Below are positions 26,091 through 35,783 of a DNA stretch of 64,000 nucleotides, one piece after another. The notes under the pieces are model-generated. The model saw nothing but the letters and a program-made list of their open reading frames with translations. It was not told the origin of the DNA and made no database searches. The DNA lies in contig JAZNSI010000062.1 of NCBI GenBank assembly GCA_045591175.1, forward strand, positions 5,983-69,982. The letters are read 5' to 3'. Source of the stretch: Clostridia bacterium (GTDB lineage Bacteria > Bacillota > Clostridia > Christensenellales > Aristaeellaceae). A program made the translations under genes and the position numbers. The stretch's first letter is position 1, and the number at the start of each line of letters is the position of its first letter.

Positions 26091-27359
26091 ATGGACAAGT
26101 CCTTCCATACCGGCAACCGCGAGCGCTTTTATGCCGCGATGAAGCCCGCATCCATCCTCGTTATGTTTTCCGGCGAGGATATCCGAAAAACCAACGATGA
26201 GTACTGGCCCTTCTTCACCGAGCGTAACTTTTACTACCTGACCGGCCTGGACAGCCGCGACTTCGCCCTGCTGGCGGTGAAGGATGCCTCCGGTGCAGTC
26301 AGCGAGCGGGTGTACATCCTGCCGCCGGACATGATGGCCGAGCGCTGGACGGGCCGCCGCATCAAGCCCCACGAGGCCGAAGCCCTTTCCGGCATCCGGG
26401 ACGTGCGCTTCGTCGATCGCTTCGAGGACGATCTCCATGCCCTGCTGGCAGGCGGGCATTACTCCGCCATGAGCAGCGATATCGCCCACATCTACCTCGA
26501 TCTGTTCCGCGTCAGCCCCAGGGACATCGATCGCCCCGCCCACAAGCTGCTGCGGCGCATCCAGGCGGATTACCCCTACCTCGCCTTGGAGAACGCCAAC
26601 GCCATCCTGCGGCAGCTGCGGCTGATCAAGCAGACCTGCGAGATCGCCGCCCTCCGCGAGGCGGAGAAGGTCACCGGCGAGGGCATCCTGGCGATGATGA
26701 AGGCCAGCCGCCCCGGCATGTACGAGTACCAGTACAAGGCAGAATTCGACTACGCCCTGAGCCAGCACAGCCCCTGCGGCCCCGGCTTCCCGTCCATCAT
26801 CAGCGCAGGCGCGAACAATTTCTGCATCCACTACTACAGCTACACCGGGCAGGCCCACGACGGCGACATGATCCTCAACGACGTGGGCGCCCAGCACGAC
26901 AGCCTGATCACCGACGTCAGCCGCGGATTCCCGTGCAACGGCCGCTTCACGGAGCGGCAGAAGCTCCTGTACAACTGCGCCCTGCAGACCTCGAACCACC
27001 TGTTTGACATCATTAGGCCGGGCTACTCCATGGCGGAGGTGGACGGCGAGATCCGCCGCTACAACGCCGCCCTGCTGGTGGACGCCGGCGTCCTGGACAA
27101 GGCCGAAAACGTGGGCAAGTACATGTGGCACGGCGGCGCGCATCACATCGGCTACGACGTGCACGACGTGGTCGCCCGCCCCGAGAAGGTCGCCCCGGGC
27201 ATGGTGTTCTGCGTGGACGTGGGTATCTATCATGAGGAATGGGGTATCGGGTTCCGCCTGGAGGACAACTGCCTGGTCACCAAGGACGGCTGCGAGAACC
27301 TGTCGGCGGCCATCCCGCGGACGGTGGAGGATATTGAGGCAGTGATGCGGAAGATATGA
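26091..27359 (+). CDS. M24B Xaa-Pro peptidase family protein
   Basis: GGAGG before ATG 26091; pita-bread motifs (DVGAQHDSLITDVSR, HHIGYDVHD, VDVGIY, EDN). Confidence 0.85.
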   Translation: MDKSFHTGNRERFYAAMKPASILVMFSGEDIRKTNDEYWPFFTERNFYYLTGLDSRDFALLAVKDASGAVSERVYILPPDMMAERWTGRRIKPHEAEALSGIRDVRFVDRFEDDLHALLAGGHYSAMSSDIAHIYLDLFRVSPRDIDRPAHKLLRRIQADYPYLALENANAILRQLRLIKQTCEIAALREAEKVTGEGILAMMKASRPGMYEYQYKAEFDYALSQHSPCGPGFPSIISAGANNFCIHYYSYTGQAHDGDMILNDVGAQHDSLITDVSRGFPCNGRFTERQKLLYNCALQTSNHLFDIIRPGYSMAEVDGEIRRYNAALLVDAGVLDKAENVGKYMWHGGAHHIGYDVHDVVARPEKVAPGMVFCVDVGIYHEEWGIGFRLEDNCLVTKDGCENLSAAIPRTVEDIEAVMRKI

Positions 27360-27397
27360 AGCTCGCAAAAAATGCTGATTCCCCCGCATAATATGCA

Positions 27398-27426
27398 TTG
27401 ACGAATCCCCGCGAACTTGGTATACT
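27398..27426 (+). promoter_or_regulatory. Promoter of FucI-like gene
   Basis: TTGACG-17 nt-TATACT; followed by palindrome ATGTCC-6-GGACAT at 27438-27455. Confidence 0.6.
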
Positions 27427-27500
27427 TATCATAGATAATGTCCCACTATGGACATTCGTGAGGTCGGATCATCCGACTATCGTAGAGGAGGTAAATCCAC

Positions 27501-28985
27501 ATGCAGAACATTCCTGTTGTGAAGCTCGGCCTTGTGGCCGTGTCCCGTGACTGCTTCCCGATCACCCTGAGCGAGAAGCGTCGTGCCGCCATCGCTGAAA
27601 AGTGCGGCCAGAAGAATCTCGAGATCGTCGAGATCAAGACCACCGTTGAGAACGAGAAGGACATGCTCAAGGCCGTTGAAGAGCTCAAGGCCAATGAGTG
27701 CAACGCTTGCGTGGTGTTCCTGGGCAACTTCGGCCCCGAGACCCCCGAGACCCTGATCGCCAAGTACTTCGACGGCCCCTGCATGTTCGTGGCCGCCGCT
27801 GAGGGCGATGGCGACATGATCAACGGCCGCGGCGACGCCTACTGCGGCATGCTGAACTGCTCCTACAACCTGGGCATGCGCCACCTGAAGGGCTACATCC
27901 CCGAGTACCCCGTGGGCACCGCTGAAGAGCTGGCTGACAAGATCGCCGAGTTCGTGCCGATCGCCCGCGCCATCATCGGCGTGAAGAACCTGAAGGTCAT
28001 CACCTTCGGCCCCCGTCCCCAGGACTTCTTCGCCTGCAACGCCCCCATCAAGGGCCTGTACGAGCTGGGCATCGAGATCGAGGAGAACTCCGAGCTGGAT
28101 CTGCTGGTCTCCTACCGCGAGCACAAGAACGATCCCCGCATCCCCGCCATCTGCGCTGATATGGCCGCCGAAATGGGCGAGGGCAAGTACTACCCCGACC
28201 TGTGCGAGCGTATGGCTCAGTTTGAGCTGACCCTGCTGGATTGGGCTGAGAACCACAAGGGCGCCCGCAAGTACGTTGTCTTCGCTGACAAGTGCTGGCC
28301 CGCATTCCCCTCTCAGTTCGGCTTCGAGCCCTGCTACGTCAACTCCCGTCTGGCTTCCCGCGGCATCCCGGTCGCCTGCGAAGTGGACATCTACGGTGCT
28401 GTGTCCGAGTACATCGGCGCCTGCATCACCGGTGATGCCGTCACCCTGCTGGACATCAACAACTCCGTGCCCGGCTACATCTACGACAAGGACATCGCCG
28501 GCAAGTTCGATTACCGCCTGACCGAGACCTTCATGGGCTTCCACTGCGGCAACACCCCCTCCTGCAAGATGTGCGAGGATCGCGCGGTCAAGTACCAGCT
28601 GATCCAGCATCGCGTGCTCGAGCCCGAAGGATCCGAGCCCGACATCTCCCGCGGCACCCTGGAAGGCGACATCGCTGCGTCCGACATCACCTTCTACCGT
28701 CTGCAGTGCGATTCTGACGGCAACCTGCGCTCCTACATCGCTCAGGGCGAGGTTCTGCCCGTTGCGACCCAGTCCTTCGGCGGCATCGGCATCTTCGCCA
28801 TCAAGGAGATGGACCGCTTCTACCGTCACGTGCTGGTGCAGAAGCGCTACCCCCACCACGGTGCTGTGGCCTTCGGTCACTGCGCGAAGGCCCTGTTCGA
28901 GGTCTTCAAGTACCTGGGCGTGCAGGACATCGCTTACAACCAGCCCAAGAACCTGCCCTACCCCACCGAGAATCCCTGGGCGTAA
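27501..28985 (+). CDS. L-fucose/L-arabinose isomerase family protein
   Basis: 494 aa; N-terminal KLGLVAVSRDCFP.. and C-terminal FMGFHCGN..HHGAVAFGH blocks typical of FucI-like sugar isomerases; strong promoter and terminator. Confidence 0.75.
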   Translation: MQNIPVVKLGLVAVSRDCFPITLSEKRRAAIAEKCGQKNLEIVEIKTTVENEKDMLKAVEELKANECNACVVFLGNFGPETPETLIAKYFDGPCMFVAAAEGDGDMINGRGDAYCGMLNCSYNLGMRHLKGYIPEYPVGTAEELADKIAEFVPIARAIIGVKNLKVITFGPRPQDFFACNAPIKGLYELGIEIEENSELDLLVSYREHKNDPRIPAICADMAAEMGEGKYYPDLCERMAQFELTLLDWAENHKGARKYVVFADKCWPAFPSQFGFEPCYVNSRLASRGIPVACEVDIYGAVSEYIGACITGDAVTLLDINNSVPGYIYDKDIAGKFDYRLTETFMGFHCGNTPSCKMCEDRAVKYQLIQHRVLEPEGSEPDISRGTLEGDIAASDITFYRLQCDSDGNLRSYIAQGEVLPVATQSFGGIGIFAIKEMDRFYRHVLVQKRYPHHGAVAFGHCAKALFEVFKYLGVQDIAYNQPKNLPYPTENPWA

Positions 28986-29000
28986 TTTCGCCTGACAGCT

Positions 29001-29038
29001 TCGGGGAGATGACGAAAGTCATCTCCCCGAGTTTTTTT
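29001..29038 (+). terminator. Terminator after FucI-like gene
   Basis: 13-bp stem TCGGGGAGATGAC gaaa GTCATCTCCCCGA then TTTTTTT. Confidence 0.85.
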
Positions 29039-29094
29039 GTGCCAGCTTTCGATTTACAGTCTGCCGACGGCAAATTTATTCTACTCGTACACAC

Positions 29095-29138
29095 AAAACA
29101 GCGGCTCCCCGCATCTTCACGGGGAGCCGCACTTTTTT
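29095..29138. terminator. Hairpin terminator after MBL hydrolase gene (also T-tailed on + strand)
   Basis: GCGGCTCCCC..GGGGAGCCGC stem; TTTTTT downstream on +, TTTTG on -. Confidence 0.7.
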
Positions 29139-30054
29139 ACTTTTTCTTCGTCCAGTTGGGCAGCTGCCAGATGTACCAGTCGGTGCCGTCGGTCTCCATG
29201 ACGACGGTGCCGTCGCCGGAGAAAAGGGCGTTGTACTCAGCGAACTTGCGCTTCGTGCCACTCTTGATGCTCTTGTGCGCCTTGAAGTTGGGGATGAAGA
29301 TGAACTCCGGCTGGGCGACCTCCAGGAACTTCTCCTCGAAGCCGTTGATGCCGTGGTGGACGGCCTTCAAAATGTCGCACTCCAGCAGGCTGTGATCCAC
29401 ATTCTTCAGGAAGTAATTCTGGGGACGGCTGTCGCAGTCGCCCATGAGGAGGATCTTGCTGTTGCCAAAGACGATCTGGGTGCAGGCGCTGCGGGCATTG
29501 GTGCCCCAACTCTCATCGCAGCGGATGATGTTGATCGTCGCGCCGCCCAGGGTCAGCACATCGCCGTGGAAAACCTGCACATAGGGGATGCCGTACTTAT
29601 CCAGCGCGCGGACGGCCGCCTTGTGGAAGCTGGTGTTCTTGTAATCCTTCTTGACTGCGGAGTAGAAGCCGCCGATGGTGTACTTGGGGCCCAGATCCGT
29701 CTTGCCGTCCTCCGCGAGGATACGGTGGTTCATCATCTTGGTCAGGCCCTGGAGATGATCGTTGTCCGGGTGGGTGTTGAAGAGGTACTTGAACTCCGTG
29801 ACGCCCTCTGCGTCAAACAGCTCCTCCAGGCGCGGATAGAACTGCACCGAGCCGCCGTCGATCATCATATTCTCGCCGCCGCACTGGAGCAGCATCGCAT
29901 CGGAGCGGTCAGTGTCGATGGCGGTCAGGCGGAAGAGCTCCTTCTCCGTCCAGCCCTCGGGCAGCTGGGATTCATCCTCGATATAGAAGATCTCCGCCGA
30001 GGCAGCCGACAGCAGCATCGCCAGCATCAGCAGGATCGAAAACAGTTTCTTCAT
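29137..30054 (-). CDS. Secreted metallo-beta-lactamase-fold hydrolase
   Basis: Signal peptide MKKLFSILLMLAMLLSAASA; THPDNDH metal motif, MGDCD, HHG; GGAGGA before ATG 30054. Confidence 0.75.
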   Translation of the reverse strand: MKKLFSILLMLAMLLSAASAEIFYIEDESQLPEGWTEKELFRLTAIDTDRSDAMLLQCGGENMMIDGGSVQFYPRLEELFDAEGVTEFKYLFNTHPDNDHLQGLTKMMNHRILAEDGKTDLGPKYTIGGFYSAVKKDYKNTSFHKAAVRALDKYGIPYVQVFHGDVLTLGGATINIIRCDESWGTNARSACTQIVFGNSKILLMGDCDSRPQNYFLKNVDHSLLECDILKAVHHGINGFEEKFLEVAQPEFIFIPNFKAHKSIKSGTKRKFAEYNALFSGDGTVVMETDGTDWYIWQLPNWTKKK

Positions 30055-30158
30055 CGTGTCCTCCGGTGGGGGTTTTTGCCCTTTCATGATACCCCATTCG
30101 AGGCGCATCTGTCAAGCAAGCAGGCGGCGGGATTTGTAACAATTCAGCCCCCTCCCCC

Positions 30159-30187
30159 TTGAATTTCCAGCGTTTTGCCTGTATACT
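30159..30187 (+). promoter_or_regulatory. Promoter of GH127 gene
   Basis: TTGAAT-17 nt-TATACT. Confidence 0.6.
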
Positions 30188-30227
30188 ATAAGCAGAGTAT
30201 TATCGACAAAAGGAGAGGCTTTCCGAT

Positions 30228-32288
30228 ATGAACAAGCAGGTTTTCTCCTCCCCCATCGATCTAAAGAAAGTGACCGTTACCGACCCCTTCTGGCACCGCG
30301 AGATGGAGCTGGTGCGCAATGAGGTCATCCCCTATCAGTGGGATGCGCTGAACGACCGCGTCCCCGGGGCTGATCCCAGCTGGTGCATGCGCAATTTCCG
30401 CATTGCCGGGCGGATGATGGCGGATCAGCGCCGCATGGGCGCCCAGTATGTGCCCCCGAAGTACACCAACCGCGGCTTCCAGGCCCTGCCGGAGGATCCG
30501 GAGCATCCCGAGGAGGACAAGTTCTACGGCTTCCTCTTCCAGGATACGGACTTCTCCAAGTGGATCGAGGCCGTGGGCTATTCCCTGACCCAGCATCCCG
30601 ATCCGGAGCTGGAGAAGATCGCGGACGAGGCCATTGACGTCGTCTGCGCCGCCCAGAACCCCGACGGCTATCTGGACACCTACTATATCATCAACGGCAT
30701 GGACGCCGCGCTGACCAACCTGCGCGACAACCATGAGCTGTACTGTCTGGGCCATCTGGTGGAGGGCGCCGTCGCCTATTATCAGGCCACCGGCAAGGAT
30801 AAGCTCCTGCGCGCCGCTGCCCGCTTTGCGGACTTTATCGAGGAGCGCTTCGGCCCGGAGGAGGGCAAGTGCAAGGGCTATCCCGGCCACGAGATCGCTG
30901 AGATGGCGCTGGTCCGCCTGTACGAGGTGACGGGCGAGGAGAAGTACCTGCGCCTGAGCAAGTTCTTCGTGGATCAGCGCGGCCAGAAGCCCAGCTACTT
31001 CGCCGTGGAGGACAAGGCCCGCACCGAAAAGGCCGGCCGCACCTGGAAGGGCGACCTCAATCAGGGTTCCGAGTACCACCAGGCTGCCGCGCCCGTCCGC
31101 GAGCAGAAGGTGGCCATGGGCCATGCGGTGCGCGCGGTGTACCTGTACTCCGGCATGGCCGATGTGGCCCGTCTGACCGGTGACGATGAGCTCCTCGCAG
31201 CCTGTGACCGCCTGTGGGACAACATCGTCAGCAAGCAGCTGTACGTCACCGGCGGCATCGGCGCCACCGTCCACGGCGAGGCCTTCACCTACGATTACGA
31301 CCTGCCCAACGACACCGCCTACTCCGAGACCTGCGCCGCCATCGGCCTGGCCTTCTTCGCCCGCCGCATGCTTCAAATCAAGCCCGACAGCAAGTATGGC
31401 GATGTGATGGAGCTGGCGCTGTACAACACCGTCCTCTCCGGCATGGCGCTGGACGGCAAGAGCTTCTTCTACGTCAACCCGCTGGCCGTGGTGCCCGAAG
31501 CCTGCCGCCGCAATCAGCTGATGCGCCATGTGCAGCCCACCCGCCGCAAGTGGTTCGGCTGCGCCTGCTGCCCGCCCAACATCGCCCGCATCGTGGCCTC
31601 CATCGCCTCCTACGCCTACACCGAGAACGAGGACACCCTCTTCACCCACCTCTACATGGGCGGCAAGGTGGAGAAGGACTTCGCCGGCAAGAAGCTCGTG
31701 ATGGAAGTCAAGGCCCGCATGCCCTGGCACGGCCATGTGTATGTGACCGTCCACTGCAACGAGGCGGTGAACGGTACCCTGGCCTTCCGCATCCCCAACT
31801 GGGCTCAGGACGCCGTCATCACCTGCGGCGACAAGGCCCCCGTCTACAAGGACGGCTATGCCTACATCACCGGCGAATGGCATGACGGTGACATGATCAC
31901 CCTCCACCTGCCCATGCAGGTGCGCATGCTGGCCGCCAATCCCGCCGTCCGCGCGGACGTGGACAAGGTGGCCTTCCGCCGCGGCCCGGTGACCTTCTGC
32001 GCCGAGCAGGCCGACAACGGCGACAACCTCCACCTCCTGCGCGTGGACACCCGCTACATCGGCGACCACGGCGAAGGCATCGAGTGGGAATTCGACGAGA
32101 CCACCTTCGGCCACGAGACCGTGAAGCTCCACGTTCCCGCCAAGCGTCTGCTGCCCCCGGAGAGCGACTCCCTCTACACCATCTGGCAGCCCCCCAAGGA
32201 GGAGACCGCGAAGATCCACCTTGTCCCCTACTACACCTGGGCCAACCGTGGCGAGGGCGAAATGCTCGTCTGGCTCCGCAGAAAGTAA
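30228..32288 (+). CDS. GH127 (DUF1680) beta-L-arabinofuranosidase-like
   Basis: 686 aa, no signal peptide; size and blocks (GHLVEGAVAYY, YVTGGIG, CCPPNIAR cysteine motif) fit the HypBA1 family. Confidence 0.8.
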   Translation: MNKQVFSSPIDLKKVTVTDPFWHREMELVRNEVIPYQWDALNDRVPGADPSWCMRNFRIAGRMMADQRRMGAQYVPPKYTNRGFQALPEDPEHPEEDKFYGFLFQDTDFSKWIEAVGYSLTQHPDPELEKIADEAIDVVCAAQNPDGYLDTYYIINGMDAALTNLRDNHELYCLGHLVEGAVAYYQATGKDKLLRAAARFADFIEERFGPEEGKCKGYPGHEIAEMALVRLYEVTGEEKYLRLSKFFVDQRGQKPSYFAVEDKARTEKAGRTWKGDLNQGSEYHQAAAPVREQKVAMGHAVRAVYLYSGMADVARLTGDDELLAACDRLWDNIVSKQLYVTGGIGATVHGEAFTYDYDLPNDTAYSETCAAIGLAFFARRMLQIKPDSKYGDVMELALYNTVLSGMALDGKSFFYVNPLAVVPEACRRNQLMRHVQPTRRKWFGCACCPPNIARIVASIASYAYTENEDTLFTHLYMGGKVEKDFAGKKLVMEVKARMPWHGHVYVTVHCNEAVNGTLAFRIPNWAQDAVITCGDKAPVYKDGYAYITGEWHDGDMITLHLPMQVRMLAANPAVRADVDKVAFRRGPVTFCAEQADNGDNLHLLRVDTRYIGDHGEGIEWEFDETTFGHETVKLHVPAKRLLPPESDSLYTIWQPPKEETAKIHLVPYYTWANRGEGEMLVWLRRK

Positions 32289-32345
32289 GCAGCGTGACGC
32301 TGCACCCAGCTCGCGATTGAGTTGGCTATGAGTTCACGCGTCGTT
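32289..32345. repeat. Mosaic repeat fragment after GH127
   Basis: 18-mer GCAGCGTGACGCTGCACC = 9469-9486; 14-mer TCGCGATTGAGTTG = 40350-40363. Confidence 0.65.
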
Positions 32346-32359
32346 GAATCAAACAGACT

Positions 32360-32406
32360 GTCCGTGCGGATCAACGGGATGAAGCCCCCCGCACGGACGT
32401 TTTTTC
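32360..32406 (+). terminator. Terminator after GH127 gene, ending 10 nt before cotH start
   Basis: GTCCGTGCGG..CCGCACGGAC stem then TTTTTT. Confidence 0.75.
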
Positions 32407-32416
32407 GAGGTGCATC

Positions 32417-33820
32417 ATGAGAAAGCTACTGACAGGACTGCTTTTCGCCCTGCTGGCCCTTTTCGGCAGCGCCACGGCGGAGGAAGCGTCCCCGCTCTGG
32501 TATCCGCAGGTCACGGCGGACATGCCGGTCATCTCCATCGCCACCGGGGACAGCAATCGTTTCGCCACCGCCTGGGTCCGCGAGGATAAGCTGCAGGGGC
32601 GCATCGACTACGTGGACGCGGCCATCACCGTCACTGACGGGGAGCGGGTGCTCCTCCGGGATGAAAAGGCCCAGGTCAAGGTTCGCGGCAACTGGACGCT
32701 GGATTACCCCAAGAAGTCCATCCGCATCAAGTTTGCGGAGAAGCAGAGCATGCTGGGGCTGAACGACAATCAGGCCTACAAGAGCTGGGTGCTGCTGGCG
32801 GAGTGGAAGGATCTGTCCATGCTCAACAGCGCCACGGCCCTCTTCCTGGCCCAGAACATCCTGGGCGCGGACGGCTACTACTGCTCCGATTATCGCTTCG
32901 TCCACCTGTACATCGGCGGCGAGTACTGGGGCGTGTATCTGCTGGCCGAGCAGCAGGAGGTCAACCCGGGCCGCGTGGAGGTCGCCGAGAACGAATCCGG
33001 CGATACGAACCGCTACACCGGCTACCTGATGGAATACGACGCCTATTTCAGCGAGGAAGCCGGCCTCTCCAGCAGCGACCCGGTGTTTGAGGTGTACCAC
33101 TACGGCCTGGGCGGCGAGCAGTACGGCTACACCGTCAAGAGCCGCATCGACAGCAATAGCCAGCTGGCCTTCCTGCGCGGCTGCGTCCGGCTGGCCTACC
33201 GCGCCTGCCACTTTGCCGTGGCAGAGGGAAGGCACTACGCCTTCAACGCAAAGCACACGGAGCTGGTCGCCGTCGAAAGCGCCTCCGCGCGCGAAACGGT
33301 GGAGCAGATCATCGACCTGCCCTCCCTGGTGGACACCTACCTCCTCAACGAGATCGCCTGCAACCCCGATTTGGGGTGGTCGAGCTTCTACATCTCCCTT
33401 GATTTGAGCGACAGCGGCAGCCGCAAGCTGACCTTCCACGCGCCCTGGGATTTCGACTCCGCCTTCGGCATCCGCAGCGATTATGAATCCAACCAGGTGG
33501 ATTACGCCGCCCACAGCAGCAACCCCTGGCTGCGGCTTTTCGCCCGTGAGCCCTGGTTCCAGGACATGGTGAGGGCACGCTGGGCCGAGCTGAAGGCGCA
33601 GGGACTCCCCGAACAGACGCTGGCGCTGATCACCACGCTGACCGATACCTACGCCGCTGACTTCGCCCGTAACTACGAACGCTGGCCCAGCCGCATCGCC
33701 GAGGGCAACCACGAGCTGATCGACGAATTGAACCGCTGCCGCTCCCAGCAGGAGGCGGCGGATTACCTCTGCCGCTGGCTCAGCGAACGCTTTGCTTACC
33801 TGGACCAACGTTGGCAATAA
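32417..33820 (+). CDS. Secreted CotH kinase family protein
   Basis: Signal peptide; VKVRGNWT..KKSIRIKF, LNEIACNPD, HAPWDFDSAFG blocks characteristic of CotH. Confidence 0.8.
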   Translation: MRKLLTGLLFALLALFGSATAEEASPLWYPQVTADMPVISIATGDSNRFATAWVREDKLQGRIDYVDAAITVTDGERVLLRDEKAQVKVRGNWTLDYPKKSIRIKFAEKQSMLGLNDNQAYKSWVLLAEWKDLSMLNSATALFLAQNILGADGYYCSDYRFVHLYIGGEYWGVYLLAEQQEVNPGRVEVAENESGDTNRYTGYLMEYDAYFSEEAGLSSSDPVFEVYHYGLGGEQYGYTVKSRIDSNSQLAFLRGCVRLAYRACHFAVAEGRHYAFNAKHTELVAVESASARETVEQIIDLPSLVDTYLLNEIACNPDLGWSSFYISLDLSDSGSRKLTFHAPWDFDSAFGIRSDYESNQVDYAAHSSNPWLRLFAREPWFQDMVRARWAELKAQGLPEQTLALITTLTDTYAADFARNYERWPSRIAEGNHELIDELNRCRSQQEAADYLCRWLSERFAYLDQRWQ

Positions 33821-33835
33821 GCCCGCATACAAACA

Positions 33836-33864
33836 GGGCCGTCCGGCATCACGCCGGACGGCCC
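33836..33864. terminator. Hairpin between convergent cotH (+) and lgt-like (-)
   Basis: 12-bp perfect stem GGGCCGTCCGGC atcac GCCGGACGGCCC; weak T tails. Confidence 0.6.
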
Positions 33865-33877
33865 TTGCGTTATTCCA

Positions 33878-34846
33878 TTATTCCTTGACGCTCTTCAGGA
33901 TCAGCCGATGCGCCGTCACGCCGAAGCCGACGGCGCACACGCCCATCACCGTGTAGCACAGCCACGCCGGGATGTACGCGGACTTCTGCACCGCAAACTG
34001 CATCCAGATGCTCACGCCCACGCAAATGAGGAAGATCACCCAGCTGATGATCACCTGCTTCTTGGGCAGGCGGGCCTCCGCGGGAGCCTTACGCCAGCGC
34101 CGCAGGGCACAGAACATCATCCCCGCCAGCACCAGCACCGCCGTCAGCTGGGACACGCGGATGAAAACCCGCGTCCAGTGCAGGAAGTTGTCCGCGCGCA
34201 GGGCCTCCAGCAGGATCTGGCTGGCGCAGTACAGGATCAGGAACAGCTTGGCATGCTCGCCGGCGCGGGCAGGCTTCTTTGCCAGCAGGATGGCGAAAAT
34301 CACCAGCGCAGCCACCGCCTCAAACACGCAGATGGCCCAGAACCACATTTCGTAATCCGCGTTGTACAGCGCGAAGGGGAAGCGCTGGAATACGGGCGCG
34401 ACCACCTCCAGGCCCTTGCCCTCGCCATTGGTCAGCTCGGCCAGGCGGCCCAGCGCGATCACCAGCGCAGCCGGAGCAGACAGCGCGTCCAGCAGCTTCA
34501 CTGCGGACTGCTTCGTGATCTTCGCCGTCAGGATGGCCGCGATCACCGCGCCGCCGACAGCGCCCCACAGGGCGTAGCCGCCGTGCCAGGGCATGAAGAT
34601 CTCGCTCAGGCCCATTTCGGTGTAGAAATCCAGCCGGGCCAGGCAGTAGAACAGCCGCGCGCCGATCAGGCCCAGGGGCAGCGCCAACAGCGCGAAGATC
34701 TCCGCCGTGTCGCAGCGCAAACCGTGCTTTTTCTGCTGCCACGCCAGCAGCCCCAGGCCCAGGGCCAGCGCAGCCACCACGCACAGGGCATAGGCCGTCA
34801 CCGGCAGGCCGAAAACCTCAAAGAGAACATACTGCAGGTCGTACAT
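33878..34846 (-). CDS. Lgt-like prolipoprotein diacylglyceryl transferase family protein
   Basis: 322 aa polytopic; PWHGGYALWGAVGG, LGRLAELTNGEGKG (GRLxxxxNGE), LYCASQILLEALRAD; RBS TAAGGAG overlaps upstream stop. Confidence 0.75.
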   Translation of the reverse strand: MYDLQYVLFEVFGLPVTAYALCVVAALALGLGLLAWQQKKHGLRCDTAEIFALLALPLGLIGARLFYCLARLDFYTEMGLSEIFMPWHGGYALWGAVGGAVIAAILTAKITKQSAVKLLDALSAPAALVIALGRLAELTNGEGKGLEVVAPVFQRFPFALYNADYEMWFWAICVFEAVAALVIFAILLAKKPARAGEHAKLFLILYCASQILLEALRADNFLHWTRVFIRVSQLTAVLVLAGMMFCALRRWRKAPAEARLPKKQVIISWVIFLICVGVSIWMQFAVQKSAYIPAWLCYTVMGVCAVGFGVTAHRLILKSVKE

Positions 34847-34856
34847 GGGGCGCTCC

Positions 34857-35762
34857 TTAATCAGGCTGATAGGCGCTGGCGAAGTAGATGATGTCCTTCA
34901 GAGGCCGGCGCTTGGGATTGTTGGGGGAATTGACCTTGTCGCGGTTGAACACCATGGTGGAGGAGGAGCCGCCGTCCAGGTTGTAGGCGTTGGTGACGCC
35001 CTCAAAGGAGGCGACCAGCTCCGCGAACTGCTCCAGCGTGAGGCCGGTGGAGCCGGGATCTTCCGGGCCCTCGGAGGAAATGCACAGGTACTCCAGCGGA
35101 CCGATCTGCGCCAGGCACATGCGCTGGGCGGCACGGTCGGCAGCGTTGTCCATGTCCACGAAGCCGGTCTGCTTCTCTCCGTTCACCACCAGGCCGGGGC
35201 CGAAGGTGTAGCCGTTGATAATGCTGCGGCCCTCCGCCTCCAGGGCGGCCTTGAAGTCGATCATATCCTGCTTCTTGGGAGCCAGGACGATGTGCATGTT
35301 GCCCAGGTCATCCAGCACCATCACGTCATAGGTGCCGTTGCACTTGTTCTTGTATTCCTTGCCCATGCGGGCGGTATAGCCCACATTGCGGCGGGAGGAG
35401 AAGAAGTCGCCGTTGATAGCCAGGGCCGCATTGGTCGCCTTGGCCATGGCAATGCCGCCGATGGTATCATCCGTGGAGTAGCTGCCGGACATGGTGGAGC
35501 GCACCTGGGTGGGATTGGCCACCTTGACGTAAGCCACCATGTAGTTAGTCTCCTCATAGCGGCCGGTGGTGATCTTCACGGTGATCGAGGGGTCCTCGTA
35601 GGTCATGTTTTCCAGGTCGTAGCCATCCGCCTGGAGCGGCACGCCCTTCTTGTCCTTCAGGTCATATTCGATAATTTCCGCCGACGCCACGCTGGTGGGA
35701 ATCAGCACCAGCAGGCCGGCAAGCATCAACAAAATCGCAGCAATGCGGATGATATGCTTCAT
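34857..35762 (-). CDS. Secreted phosphodiester glycosidase family protein (DUF2233/NAGPA-like)
   Basis: Signal/anchor helix; YEDPSITVKI..YVKVANPTQVRS, AINGDF, FGPGLVVNG, AYNLDGGSSST, DIIYFAS. Confidence 0.8.
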   Translation of the reverse strand: MKHIIRIAAILLMLAGLLVLIPTSVASAEIIEYDLKDKKGVPLQADGYDLENMTYEDPSITVKITTGRYEETNYMVAYVKVANPTQVRSTMSGSYSTDDTIGGIAMAKATNAALAINGDFFSSRRNVGYTARMGKEYKNKCNGTYDVMVLDDLGNMHIVLAPKKQDMIDFKAALEAEGRSIINGYTFGPGLVVNGEKQTGFVDMDNAADRAAQRMCLAQIGPLEYLCISSEGPEDPGSTGLTLEQFAELVASFEGVTNAYNLDGGSSSTMVFNRDKVNSPNNPKRRPLKDIIYFASAYQPD

Positions 35763-35783
35763 AAACAGGCTCCTTTACTTGAT

